DNA of 64,000 nt from IMG/VR virus record IMGVR_UViG_3300012984_000016, positions 10,306-74,305 of that record; one strand, given 5' to 3'. The translations under genes were made by a program, and so were the position numbers. The DNA comes from a virus. The notes under the pieces were generated by a model that saw only the letters and a list, made by a program, of their open reading frames with translations, was not told the origin of the DNA and made no database searches. This document shows positions 1-8,498 of the stretch, one piece after another (the first letter of the stretch is position 1; each line of letters starts with the position of its first letter).

Positions 1-1284
1 GGCGCGCTCGAACAACACTTCATCGATCACGGCTGCGTTGTTGGGGGTGCTGTAGCAGATGCTGACACCGCCGAACACTCCCGGACCCGTGGCACCGCCT
101 GTGCCGGGTGTCGTGGCCTCCAGCACCTTGGTCCAGGGACCACTGATGGACGTGCCGGTGTACGTCTCGTGCCGCGTGAAGTTCTCGTACGGTGCGAAGT
201 CCAGCGCGGTGGGGAACTGAGCCGCGTCGTACTTCACGTACGTACGGTGCTGGATGTACTGGCCCGAGGTGATCAGAGTCGCGTAGTTCTGACCCCAGAT
301 GAACCCACCCTTGGTGTCCGAGCCTGCGTACGCCACACCGTACTGAGCACCAGGCTCCGAAGAGTTGATGCCGATCTGCAGAGGTCCACCTACGTTGAAC
401 TGGATCTTGAACGTGCCGCTGACGTACTTGAAGGTGAGGATCGAAGCGATCCCGAGGTCACGGTTGTTGTCCGTCGAGTTCGAGTCTGGGCTGATCAACT
501 GAGTCAACACGTTGCTGTTGATGGACAGTTGGTTGCCGACGATGGTCAGGTTGGAGGAAGCACTCACGTTCGACAGCGGAGCCTGCGGAGGGATGTCGGC
601 TGCCGTGCAGTCCCAGTTACCGTTGGCCCGGGCGAAGATGTCGTAGAAGTAGGAGCCGCGAGCGGTCGGGAACCCACGGTTGGCTGCGGCCTTGACTACC
701 AGCCGGTTGCACTTGGCACCAGAGACCGTGGACCAGAACCCTGCGCGGGTGTTGCCACGGGTGGTGGTCACCGGGCTCTGACTGCGGTCCGTGATCAGAA
801 GACGCAGGGTCTGCTTGCCGTTGATGCTGACGAACCAGCCGTTGCTGCGTGCACCAAGAATGACGGTGAACTCGGTGCCAGCCGGGATCCAGCACCGAGC
901 CTCTTGTCCGTTGTCCATGTACGTGCTGCCGAACGGCTTGCCCGTGGACTGCTGGGACTCGGACCAGAGCCGGAACACGAACCCCTCGCCGCCCGGGTCA
1001 GCGAACACACCGAAGTACACTCCGGCTGCACCGTCAGGAGCGGAGCCCGGAACTCCGATGCACACCCCCGCCTGATCCTGAACCGGCAGATCGGCCTCGA
1101 CGATCCCAGCCCAGTTCGGGTTGTTCATCAACATGAACCGCTTGCTGCTGCCACTCATGGTGGTCGACGAGGAGACCGCCTGACCACCCGAGACTGAGTA
1201 CCCGTTGTTGACGGACAGCGGGGTGAGATCTGCAGCGCCGACATTGAAGGGGGACGAGAAGACCTGGGTGAGAAGCGTAGTCAT
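1..1284 (-). CDS. Putative virion/fibre protein, beta-rich (partial, runs off left edge)
   Basis: ATG at 1284 with AAGGA SD upstream; frame open to position 1 (MTTLLTQVFSSPFNVGAADLTPLSVNNG...); rich in Gly/Ser/Thr/Asn/aromatics; missing from the ORF track because it is truncated. Confidence 0.6.
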   Translation of the reverse strand, partial: MTTLLTQVFSSPFNVGAADLTPLSVNNGYSVSGGQAVSSSTTMSGSSKRFMLMNNPNWAGIVEADLPVQDQAGVCIGVPGSAPDGAAGVYFGVFADPGGEGFVFRLWSESQQSTGKPFGSTYMDNGQEARCWIPAGTEFTVILGARSNGWFVSINGKQTLRLLITDRSQSPVTTTRGNTRAGFWSTVSGAKCNRLVVKAAANRGFPTARGSYFYDIFARANGNWDCTAADIPPQAPLSNVSASSNLTIVGNQLSINSNVLTQLISPDSNSTDNNRDLGIASILTFKYVSGTFKIQFNVGGPLQIGINSSEPGAQYGVAYAGSDTKGGFIWGQNYATLITSGQYIQHRTYVKYDAAQFPTALDFAPYENFTRHETYTGTSISGPWTKVLEATTPGTGGATGPGVFGGVSICYSTPNNAAVIDEVLFERA

Positions 1285-1325
1285 CGTCCGTCCTTACTGG
1301 TGTCGGTCAGGTCGCAGCCGGGAGG

Positions 1326-1754
1326 CTACAACTTGAAGATCTTCGTGGCACCGTTGGACCAGGCGATGGTCACGTCACCACCGTTGGGGATGACCGGGAA
1401 GTTGGTGCCCGTGTCGATGTAGCCGATGAGACGCTGCGCGGTCGCAGCCACATCCGCGCCGCCGCCGACCGCCGAGGACTGGAACAGCAGCCCGTAGTGG
1501 TTGGATGCGTTGGTCGGGACCGCTGTGTACACCACGTCGTCAGCGTCGGCGACGCCACCCGTGATGGACTTCGTGGTCAGAGCGCCAGAGGTGACGTGGA
1601 GCACGCCGCCTGCAGTGGTCAGGTCCGACACGAACTTGTGAGCAGCGTTGAACGTGTAGGCCCGAACGAGGGCCAACTTGATGACAGCGGTGTCCCAGTC
1701 GATCTCACCCGCCAGGAACCCCTCGCGGCCTGGATCGAACAGTGAGTTAGCCAT
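1326..1754 (-). CDS. Putative virion structural protein
   Basis: MANSLFDPGREGFLAGEIDWDTAVIKLALV...PNGGDVTIAW pattern recurrent in phage structural regions; GAGGAG SD. Confidence 0.6.
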   Translation of the reverse strand: MANSLFDPGREGFLAGEIDWDTAVIKLALVRAYTFNAAHKFVSDLTTAGGVLHVTSGALTTKSITGGVADADDVVYTAVPTNASNHYGLLFQSSAVGGGADVAATAQRLIGYIDTGTNFPVIPNGGDVTIAWSNGATKIFKL

Positions 1755-1837
1755 GGTCTGTTACTCCTCGCTCGTCTGGTGTGGCACTTGACTGAAGGTG
1801 GGGCAAGCACTGGCCACAGGCACTCGCCCCACCCGTC

Positions 1838-2176
1838 TCAGTTGACCTTGACGACGGCGACCGAGAGGCCGACGACCGACGAGTAGGTCAGGTACGCGCG
1901 ACCGTCGGCCGGGTTGGCGAACGACGAGCCCCGGAGCGGGCCGACGATGCGCTCACCCGTGGCGGGCAGCGTGACCGTGGCGTCCGGGATGGCGACACCC
2001 GTGCCGGGGTCGACATCCGGGTACGAACCGATGGTGACGACCGCGACCGTGCCGGTGGTCTTGAAGTGGAGGTAGGTGCCGTCGCCGCACGGCACCGTGT
2101 CGCCACCCGCGTTGCAGGTGTTGTACGTCGGGTTGGTACCGGCGAGGCTCGGAGCCTGTGCGGTCAGGGCTGCCAT
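1838..2176 (-). CDS. Putative virion structural protein
   Basis: MAALTAQ...GGDT...YLHFK...LPATGERIVGP...YLTYSS pattern typical of small actinophage structural proteins; AAGGAG SD. Confidence 0.55.
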   Translation of the reverse strand: MAALTAQAPSLAGTNPTYNTCNAGGDTVPCGDGTYLHFKTTGTVAVVTIGSYPDVDPGTGVAIPDATVTLPATGERIVGPLRGSSFANPADGRAYLTYSSVVGLSVAVVKVN

Positions 2177-2228
2177 GACATGTACTCCTTGGGGTGGGTC
2201 GGGGTGTGGCAGGTCTGCAACAAGTGTG

Positions 2229-2771
2229 TCACGTGCGGGAGGGCTCTTCCGTACTCGGCAGCGCAGCCAGTTCCCCAGCGAAGGCCGAAACGATGTACGA
2301 CTCGAGAGCGATCCGGTCCTGTGGGCACAGGTGCTCACCCATGAATTCGAGCAACTTGGTCTGCTGTTGGCGGATGGCATCGACGTGCAGGAAGAACTCG
2401 GCCTTGACGCCGAACAGGCCGAACAGTTTCGCTCGCTGATCCTGGCAGGCGGTGACCCGCGCGAGGCAGGAGATCTTCGTCTGCTCGGAGTTGGTCTTGT
2501 TGAACAACTTCCATGCCTCAGCCTTGACGAGGTCGAGTTCCTCCAGGGCCTTGATCGTGTTGCCGAGCACGTCCCGCAGCAGGTCCGGGTTGTTGCGGGC
2601 CTCGTCCCGGATCTTCTCGATGTACTCCTTGCGGTAGCGGCTGACCGTGCCGGGGCTGACCTCGATGTCCTTGGCGATCTCGATGTTCGAGAGGCCCTTC
2701 TTGATCCCCACGAACGCCTTCTGCTTGCGCTCGCCGATCTTGTACTTGGACTTGGTCTTGCCCTTGGACAC
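2229..2771 (-). CDS. HTH DNA-binding protein, possible terminase small subunit
   Basis: N-terminal HTH (SNIEIAKDIEVSPGTVSRY), helical body and QRAKLFGL motif; GTG start with GGAGG SD. Confidence 0.55.
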   Translation of the reverse strand: MSKGKTKSKYKIGERKQKAFVGIKKGLSNIEIAKDIEVSPGTVSRYRKEYIEKIRDEARNNPDLLRDVLGNTIKALEELDLVKAEAWKLFNKTNSEQTKISCLARVTACQDQRAKLFGLFGVKAEFFLHVDAIRQQQTKLLEFMGEHLCPQDRIALESYIVSAFAGELAALPSTEEPSRT

Positions 2772-2930
2772 GACTACCTCCACGCTCAGAACGGCACGAT
2801 GCGTACTAGTTTCGTGCTAGTTCAAGCGTGATGGTGAACTGCCAGGCGAGCAAAGTAGTGCCTGACGTCGATGGTTTCTACTCGTTTCGAGTCAGAAGTA
2901 GTACGTAACTGACGATCGAGTAGGACGGAA

Positions 2931-3146
2931 CTAACGCTCGTCGGCTCGGTGCTGGCCGGGGTAGCGCACGTCGCGGGGGTTGTTGCAGCCGGAGCAGAAG
3001 GCCCCGGGGTTGTACCGGGACAGGACCACGCCGCAGTCCTCGGAGGCGCACACGCGGCGCTCTCCGTAGGATCGGGAAGGGGTTCGGCCCGAGGGCCAGG
3101 GGACGGTGCCGAGCCCCACGCGGGAGGCTGGCTTCCCCTCAGTCAC
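2931..3146 (-). CDS. Small Cys-rich hypothetical protein
   Basis: CxxxxC...CxxC; GTG start overlaps end of upstream ORF. Confidence 0.5.
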   Translation of the reverse strand: MTEGKPASRVGLGTVPWPSGRTPSRSYGERRVCASEDCGVVLSRYNPGAFCSGCNNPRDVRYPGQHRADER

Positions 3147-3402
3147 CCGGAGGCACCGACCAGCCGAGAGCACCTTGGCGCTGGACCGCGAGGCGGTCGG
3201 CTGCCGAACGGAGAAGGATCTCCGCGTGCTCCAGGGCCATGGTGGACGACACCGAACCGCGAACGATCCCGGGCATCTCCAACCAGTTCTCGCCTTGCAA
3301 ACCTGACACCCTCTGCATCACCACCGCCGCCTGGTTGACCTCGGCGAGTGCGGGGTCGACTGCGATGATGTACTCGGGCTGGGGAAGCGGCTGCACAGAC
3401 AC
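3139..3402 (-). CDS. Hypothetical protein
   Basis: GTG start with GGAG SD; packed in operon. Confidence 0.55.
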   Translation of the reverse strand: MSVQPLPQPEYIIAVDPALAEVNQAAVVMQRVSGLQGENWLEMPGIVRGSVSSTMALEHAEILLRSAADRLAVQRQGALGWSVPPGD

Positions 3403-3516
3403 AGCGGACTCCGATTCTGTTGTAACGTCTGGAGTGCGCCCTCGCGGGTCGGAGTCAAGCCCTCTCGCACAGGGTCGAGTCTTTCGCGCTACGGCCACGC
3501 TTGGCGATATGGGGTA

Positions 3517-3525
3517 ATCTTACGC
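3517..3525 (-). promoter_or_regulatory. Extended -10 element GCGTAAGAT
   Basis: Matches recurring GCGTANNNT motif; overlaps the resolvase stop codon. Confidence 0.5.
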
Positions 3526-3984
3526 AGCCTGAGCGTGGTCTGCAGCGAGCCGAGCGACCGCCAGAGCGTCCGCCACGTCGTCACTGGTGGTGTCAATCCA
3601 GGGCTGGGCAGCGGCCACCATCATGGCCTTGTCTGCCTTGCCGGAACCGGTGGCGAACTTCTTCGCTGCGGTACCGATGATCGGGGTCCAGTCCACCCCG
3701 TACCCGGCTTCCCACATGCGCAACTTGACGATGCCCACGACCTCGCCGAGCCGGGACAGGTTGGTCGGGCGAGAGAAGGCGTACTCCTCGATCGCCATGA
3801 TGTCGAACGTGTAGCCCTTGCAGAAGCGGATGAGCCGGTCGGCGATGTAGTCAGCCCGCTGGACGTTGACACCATCCTTGGGTGCGGTCTTGAAGTTGGC
3901 GTGCTTCAGGACCACGTCCTTCTCGGAGTCGTAGATCACTACGCCCGGGGACGTGAGTGAGCAGTCGAGCCCGAGTACGATCAC
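3520..3984 (-). CDS. ruvC: RuvC-like Holliday junction resolvase
   Basis: VLGLD, AIEEY, KKFATGSGKADK and DDVADALA motifs; GTGA coupling with upstream gene. Confidence 0.85.
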   Translation of the reverse strand: MIVLGLDCSLTSPGVVIYDSEKDVVLKHANFKTAPKDGVNVQRADYIADRLIRFCKGYTFDIMAIEEYAFSRPTNLSRLGEVVGIVKLRMWEAGYGVDWTPIIGTAAKKFATGSGKADKAMMVAAAQPWIDTTSDDVADALAVARLAADHAQAA

Positions 3985-4307
3985 GCCTCGACCCACTTGC
4001 CATCTCGGATCCACCCATGCTTACCACAGCAGTCGGAGGCGAGGATCGAAGGCTCGGTGTGCAGCGGGTCTGCGGAGTGGAACTCGTGGGACTGGATGCC
4101 GGAGGCGACCCACGTCGGGAAGTACCCCGGGTCCACGTCGCCCCGCTGGACGTGCGGCCACAGGTGCCCGTCGCACAGGTGCCACCAGAGGATGTGCATG
4201 ATGTCGTAGATCTGCTCAGTCTCGTCGCCACGCTTGTACCAGGTGATCGCGGTGTCGCCGCCGAGGAAGGTGGCTCCGCGCTCCTCAAGTTCTTCCCTGG
4301 TCATCAT
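3981..4307 (-). CDS. Hypothetical protein (DUF6527-like C-terminus)
   Basis: EPSILASDCCGKHGWIRDGKW motif. Confidence 0.5.
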   Translation of the reverse strand: MMTREELEERGATFLGGDTAITWYKRGDETEQIYDIMHILWWHLCDGHLWPHVQRGDVDPGYFPTWVASGIQSHEFHSADPLHTEPSILASDCCGKHGWIRDGKWVEA

Positions 4308-4453
4308 CGGTGTGCCGACTTCACGGTTGCGACATTCGCACAGGTGTGCTTCATCTCCACCCCGTTGACCGTGGTCTTGCGCCAGCCGCACGTGGGGCAA
4401 GGCGCACCCATCCAGACCAACGGAGGGATCGTGGCTGTGCCGACTGCTGTCAT
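4304..4453 (-). CDS. Small zinc-ribbon hypothetical protein (49 aa)
   Basis: CPTC...HTC; start and stop coupled to both neighbours. Confidence 0.45.
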   Translation of the reverse strand: MTAVGTATIPPLVWMGAPCPTCGWRKTTVNGVEMKHTCANVATVKSAHR

Positions 4454-4980
4454 CAGACGCTCACCCCTACCTCGACTGCCTCGCGGAACCTAGTGGACAT
4501 CGTGCCGTCGAGGAAGGCGATCAGGGAGGCGACCAGTTCGAGACCGGTCGGCATCTCTCCGTACCCGTAGCCCTCTTCGAGCAGGTGATCGCGGAAGCAC
4601 CGCTGGTCGATGGGATCCATAGTGTGAACCATGGCTCCGCAGATTGCCGGCGAAGGCTGCTGCCTGTAGAAACCAATGAGTGATGCCACCAGTTCGAGTC
4701 CTGATGGCACCTCGTGACGGTCGTACCCTTCCTCGATCAGGTAGGTCTTGAACTTCCGCCGCTCCCCTTCTGCCATGCCTCCCCACACGCCGTACTCTTC
4801 GCGGTGGACCAGCGCACCCTCCAGACACCGAACCCGCTCGACACACGAGAAGCACAATCGCGTGGCCAGGTCCTCGCGGTCGACCCGCCCGTCTTCCATC
4901 CGACCGTCGTCCACGGATGAGAAGAACAACTCAGGGTTGGTCTCGCAGTGGTGTTGTTGTTCCAGGGTGGTTACTGTCAT
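4453..4980 (-). CDS. whiB: WhiB family transcription factor with duplicated C-terminal extension
   Basis: Four Cys (C...CxxC...C), PELFF, GVWGG, ERR. Confidence 0.9.
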   Translation of the reverse strand: MTVTTLEQQHHCETNPELFFSSVDDGRMEDGRVDREDLATRLCFSCVERVRCLEGALVHREEYGVWGGMAEGERRKFKTYLIEEGYDRHEVPSGLELVASLIGFYRQQPSPAICGAMVHTMDPIDQRCFRDHLLEEGYGYGEMPTGLELVASLIAFLDGTMSTRFREAVEVGVSV

Positions 4981-5086
4981 GAGGCCTGTTCCCTAAAAGA
5001 TCTTCGGGAGTGGTAGCCGCCACCCCTCAGAGGGAACTATGCCTCATGCCCTCACCCAAGCCTGACCGAGGCTCGCGAAATGGGCC

Positions 5087-6346
5087 CTATGGCCTAGTGC
5101 CGCCGTTAATGTTGATCGTGATCGACAGGCTCACGGTCGGCCCACCCTCGACGCTCGCGGGGAGGGTCACGGAGAACGGCTCCAGCGTCGCCTGGGCGGC
5201 TTCTCCCTGCTCGCCAGCCTCGGGGCTAGGCTCCACGGCGGCTTCGGCCTCCTCGTCCGTCTCCAGGTCGCTGAGTGCCTCGGAGGTCTCCTCCGGCGAC
5301 GGAGGCTCGGGCGTGAGGCGCGGGCCGTTGATGAACTCGACCTCGCCCACCACGTCGGACTCGCAGTACAGCGCGGGCTCGAGAACCGACCGGCGTTCGA
5401 AGTCGTACTTCCGCACGCCCACGGTCTTGTGCCCCTGCCAGATGCGCGTGTACTTGAAGAACTCGCACAGCGTGGACTGGATGTTGCACAGCGACAGGTC
5501 CAGCGGCTCCCCGTCATGGTCGAGAGGCCGGACGAAGGGCAGGTCGCGTGCTGCGAACTCCTCCCGTTGGTGCGCGTGCAGCCAGCGCATGACCATGAGC
5601 AGGTTCCGAGGCTTCACGTCGGGTGCGAGCATCGCCCACATACCGCTGCGTGCGCCGGGTCCTGCTTGGGCCCACTGGTTCTGACCGTACGGGAGCACGG
5701 GGTCCGGTCCGGTGAGCAAGTCCACCACGATCTGGTGGGCCAGGAACTCGCCGAGGCCGGGGATGTCCTTGAAGACCTTGAAGATGGTCTGCACGTCCGG
5801 AGACGCCTCGACCCTTCGGTGGTACTCGGGCATCATGTCCGCGATCTTCACGAACAGGCGACCGACGTTCTCGATCTTGTCCTCGCCGCCCTCGTCGTTG
5901 TACCCCGCCACACGGTAGGCGTCACCGAAGACCTTGAACACGTCGGAGTCCTGCTCGCGGAGGACCTTGATGAACACGTCCACGTCGTAGTCGTCCACGG
6001 TGGATGCGACCAGCCGGTGCGTGGGCGGCTGGGATCCCATGAGACGGTACATCACGACGTTGAACATCTTGTCCAGGTCGGAGTAGTCGGCGTTCTCCAC
6101 GATGGATGACACGACGTACTGCGTGCCGGGATCCAACTCGCGGTAGTTGTTGGTGATGAACTCGGCCTGCAGGATCGGGTCCTGAGTCCAGGGCCACTCG
6201 CGCTGCATGCACACACGCCGGAACCACACGGCTTGACGTTCGGCCACGAACCGCCAGTACAGATCGTACTGGGTGGGGTCGAAGCAGGTGATGTCGAAGT
6301 CCTTCTCGGCGACGTACCGCTTGACCGAGTCCGTGGCCTCTGTCAT
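5087..6346 (-). CDS. aGPT-Pplase1-like DNA base-hypermodification enzyme (HhH-glycosylase-related fold)
   Basis: YWRFVAERQAVWFRR...PWTQDPIL...FITNNYRELDPGTQY, IPGLGEFLAHQIVVDL, GPGARSG and IQSTLCEFFKY motifs. Confidence 0.8.
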   Translation of the reverse strand: MTEATDSVKRYVAEKDFDITCFDPTQYDLYWRFVAERQAVWFRRVCMQREWPWTQDPILQAEFITNNYRELDPGTQYVVSSIVENADYSDLDKMFNVVMYRLMGSQPPTHRLVASTVDDYDVDVFIKVLREQDSDVFKVFGDAYRVAGYNDEGGEDKIENVGRLFVKIADMMPEYHRRVEASPDVQTIFKVFKDIPGLGEFLAHQIVVDLLTGPDPVLPYGQNQWAQAGPGARSGMWAMLAPDVKPRNLLMVMRWLHAHQREEFAARDLPFVRPLDHDGEPLDLSLCNIQSTLCEFFKYTRIWQGHKTVGVRKYDFERRSVLEPALYCESDVVGEVEFINGPRLTPEPPSPEETSEALSDLETDEEAEAAVEPSPEAGEQGEAAQATLEPFSVTLPASVEGGPTVSLSITININGGTRP

Positions 6347-6726
6347 TTCTTGCCCTTCTTCTTCTTACGCCCCTTGCTAGCCTTGGGCGGCTTGGGCTTC
6401 GGAGGGGGCGGTGTCTTCGGAGACGGACCGTGGCCCGCCACTGCTCCCTTTGTGTAGTGCGGCTTCCACTTCTTGACAGAAGCCTCCACCTTGTGTTCCT
6501 TCTCAAGCGCGGACACCTTGCGCTCCTCGCGGGCGACATCGAAGTCCGGGTCCATAGTCTTGCGTGTCTTCTTCCAGGCCTCGTAAATCCTCCCCATACC
6601 GGTCTGGCGCTTCTCAGGAGACATGGCGTCGTCCTCGTCGAACACCGCGTCAGCCGTGGAGAAGAACTCCAGCAGGGGACCGGTGGCCGCGATGAGATCG
6701 TCGACCCTGCGGTCAGCCTTGGGCAT
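6343..6726 (-). CDS. Hypothetical protein with Pro/Lys-rich tail
   Basis: Stop coupled to downstream start; phage-like codon usage. Confidence 0.6.
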   Translation of the reverse strand: MPKADRRVDDLIAATGPLLEFFSTADAVFDEDDAMSPEKRQTGMGRIYEAWKKTRKTMDPDFDVAREERKVSALEKEHKVEASVKKWKPHYTKGAVAGHGPSPKTPPPPKPKPPKASKGRKKKKGKK

Positions 6727-7120
6727 CGAGAGTTCCCTTGAACCGCTCCGCTGCCTGAGCCACGCCCTTGAGCGAAGCCACCATCGCCTGCGATGCCTCA
6801 TGCTTGGCAATGTCCTTCCGTGCTGCCTTGCGGATCCGACGCTCCTGCGCCGGAGTCAGCGGACGCCCACCGTTCTGCTCGATGTAGTGAGCGATGCGAT
6901 CCTCAGCGGACAGCGGAGCCGGGGCTGTGCCGCCCGAGCCGTTGATGATGGAACGGAGGTAGCGGTCGTGCGCCTCCTGTCCCTCGAACTCCTTGCGGTC
7001 GAAGCCGACCGGAGTACGGGGCGGGGGTGCGGGCCGGTTCACGGTGGGTCGGGAGTTGCGTGCGTACTCCTCCATGAGCGGCTTGACCTCGTCAGGCGCG
7101 GGCTCGCGGACCTCTGTCAT
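6713..7120 (-). CDS. Hypothetical protein
   Basis: ATGA overlap with upstream gene; GGAGG SD. Confidence 0.6.
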   Translation of the reverse strand: MTEVREPAPDEVKPLMEEYARNSRPTVNRPAPPPRTPVGFDRKEFEGQEAHDRYLRSIINGSGGTAPAPLSAEDRIAHYIEQNGGRPLTPAQERRIRKAARKDIAKHEASQAMVASLKGVAQAAERFKGTLDAQG

Positions 7121-8004
7121 GCTGCCTCCTCGAATGCCTTCATGGCCTCGGCCCACACCTCGTCGATCGAGGTGAAGCCCTTGTACGCCTTGCGCTGCAA
7201 CTTCTCATCGGACAACTTCTGGACGTGGCACACCTTGTAGAACTGGCAAGTGTCCGCCATGCTCGAACCCAACTTGCAGTCGGGGTGCATGGGAGGCATG
7301 CGCCGCTTCTTCAGATGCGCGTGCTGTTCCTTGAGCCAGGCGACCGCTGACTTCCAGTGGCCGGTGTCGAAGCCCACCGCGAAGCACTTGGTACGCTGCG
7401 TGTCCTTGCAGTCGTACAGCAGGATGCCGTCCTCGATCCCCTTGGCCTTCATGTAAGCCAAGAGTTGGCGGACCGCGTCGTCCTTCGGTTCGTCCTCGCG
7501 GTTGATCCAGTCGAAGCCGCGACGGTTGATGCCCTTGATGTCGATGACGTACAACTTGCCGTGGATGAGCAAGGTCACGTCGAGGTTGCCAGCGACATGC
7601 CACTCGTCGAGGTGGACGAAGTACTCGATGTCGATGACCTTGAACTTCTCGGGGTCTCCGAACACCGCCTCCATGTCACGGAACAGTGCCTGCCACTTGT
7701 GGTGTCTCCAGTTGCCGTCGTCGAACAGCAACTCCTTGTCGGGGTTGACCTTGCGCGAGCCCTTGTACCCCAGGAACTTGAGGATCGCCTGGCGGTCGCA
7801 TCGGCCGATGGACGACGGGGAGAAGCGACCACCCGGACGGGCCCGCGCCACCATGGAGATCTCATGCGAGCGCACCCGGCCCTTGGCCTTCGGGGTGTCG
7901 CGGATGATCATGTACTCATCGATCAGTGGGCGCAGCGGATCGAGTTCCTTGCTGTGTAGACGCTTGACCATGTCAGCCAGCATCTTGCTGTCGCCTGGGG
8001 TCAC
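7117..8004 (-). CDS. Cas4-like PD-(D/E)xK exonuclease
   Basis: SPSSIGRC, GNLD, IDIK, QLLAY and C-terminal C...C..C Fe-S pattern. Confidence 0.85.
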   Translation of the reverse strand: MTPGDSKMLADMVKRLHSKELDPLRPLIDEYMIIRDTPKAKGRVRSHEISMVARARPGGRFSPSSIGRCDRQAILKFLGYKGSRKVNPDKELLFDDGNWRHHKWQALFRDMEAVFGDPEKFKVIDIEYFVHLDEWHVAGNLDVTLLIHGKLYVIDIKGINRRGFDWINREDEPKDDAVRQLLAYMKAKGIEDGILLYDCKDTQRTKCFAVGFDTGHWKSAVAWLKEQHAHLKKRRMPPMHPDCKLGSSMADTCQFYKVCHVQKLSDEKLQRKAYKGFTSIDEVWAEAMKAFEEAA

Positions 8005-8498
8005 TCAGGATCACCCTTGTAGTCGCGGAGGTTGATGGGGTGGTTCGCTGCGAGGTAATCCTTGAAGTTGATGAAGCCGTCCTCGGTCCAGTAGCCCCAG
8101 GACTTGGTGCGCTTGCCGACGAACACCAGGGTCCAGGTGTCGGGCTTGATGGAGATGATCCGGTGCGCGTCCTGCTTGCTCATCTTGTGGAACGACAGCC
8201 AGCCGTGAGTCTTCTTCACAGCAGGTCGGAGCGCACCCTCACGGCGCTCGGTGTGCAGGACCTCGTCGTACCCGCCGCGCACCACCAGGGACCAGAAGTT
8301 GAAGGGGTGGTCGTGCGGGTCCGGGTCATGGTCGGGCTGGTGGATGTGGTGAAGGAACAGCGCGAACCAAGGGGTCTGGATGAGACGGTGGCGACGGAGG
8401 TACAGCACGTCCATCTCGTTCTCATCCCAGCACATGATGTCCTGGACCTTCATGAAGGACCAGCGACCACCGGAGGTCGGGTTGAACTTCTTCGTCAT
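8001..8498 (-). CDS. Cupin-fold (cysteine-dioxygenase-like) metalloprotein
   Basis: LHHIHQPD.DPDPHDHP, GGYDE, HRI, TWTLV motifs. Confidence 0.6.
   Translation of the reverse strand: MTKKFNPTSGGRWSFMKVQDIMCWDENEMDVLYLRRHRLIQTPWFALFLHHIHQPDHDPDPHDHPFNFWSLVVRGGYDEVLHTERREGALRPAVKKTHGWLSFHKMSKQDAHRIISIKPDTWTLVFVGKRTKSWGYWTEDGFINFKDYLAANHPINLRDYKGDPE

Noticed and set aside
3405-3500. tRNA or minimal RNase P RNA (CTCCA, GAAAG...ACAGAA)
   Set aside because: No T-loop or cloverleaf, and the P4 pairing does not match; kept only as an unassigned structured leader
7117-8004. CRISPR-Cas locus suggested by a Cas4-like gene
   Set aside because: No cas1/cas2 and no repeat-spacer array seen; solo Cas4-like exonucleases are routine phage recombination genes
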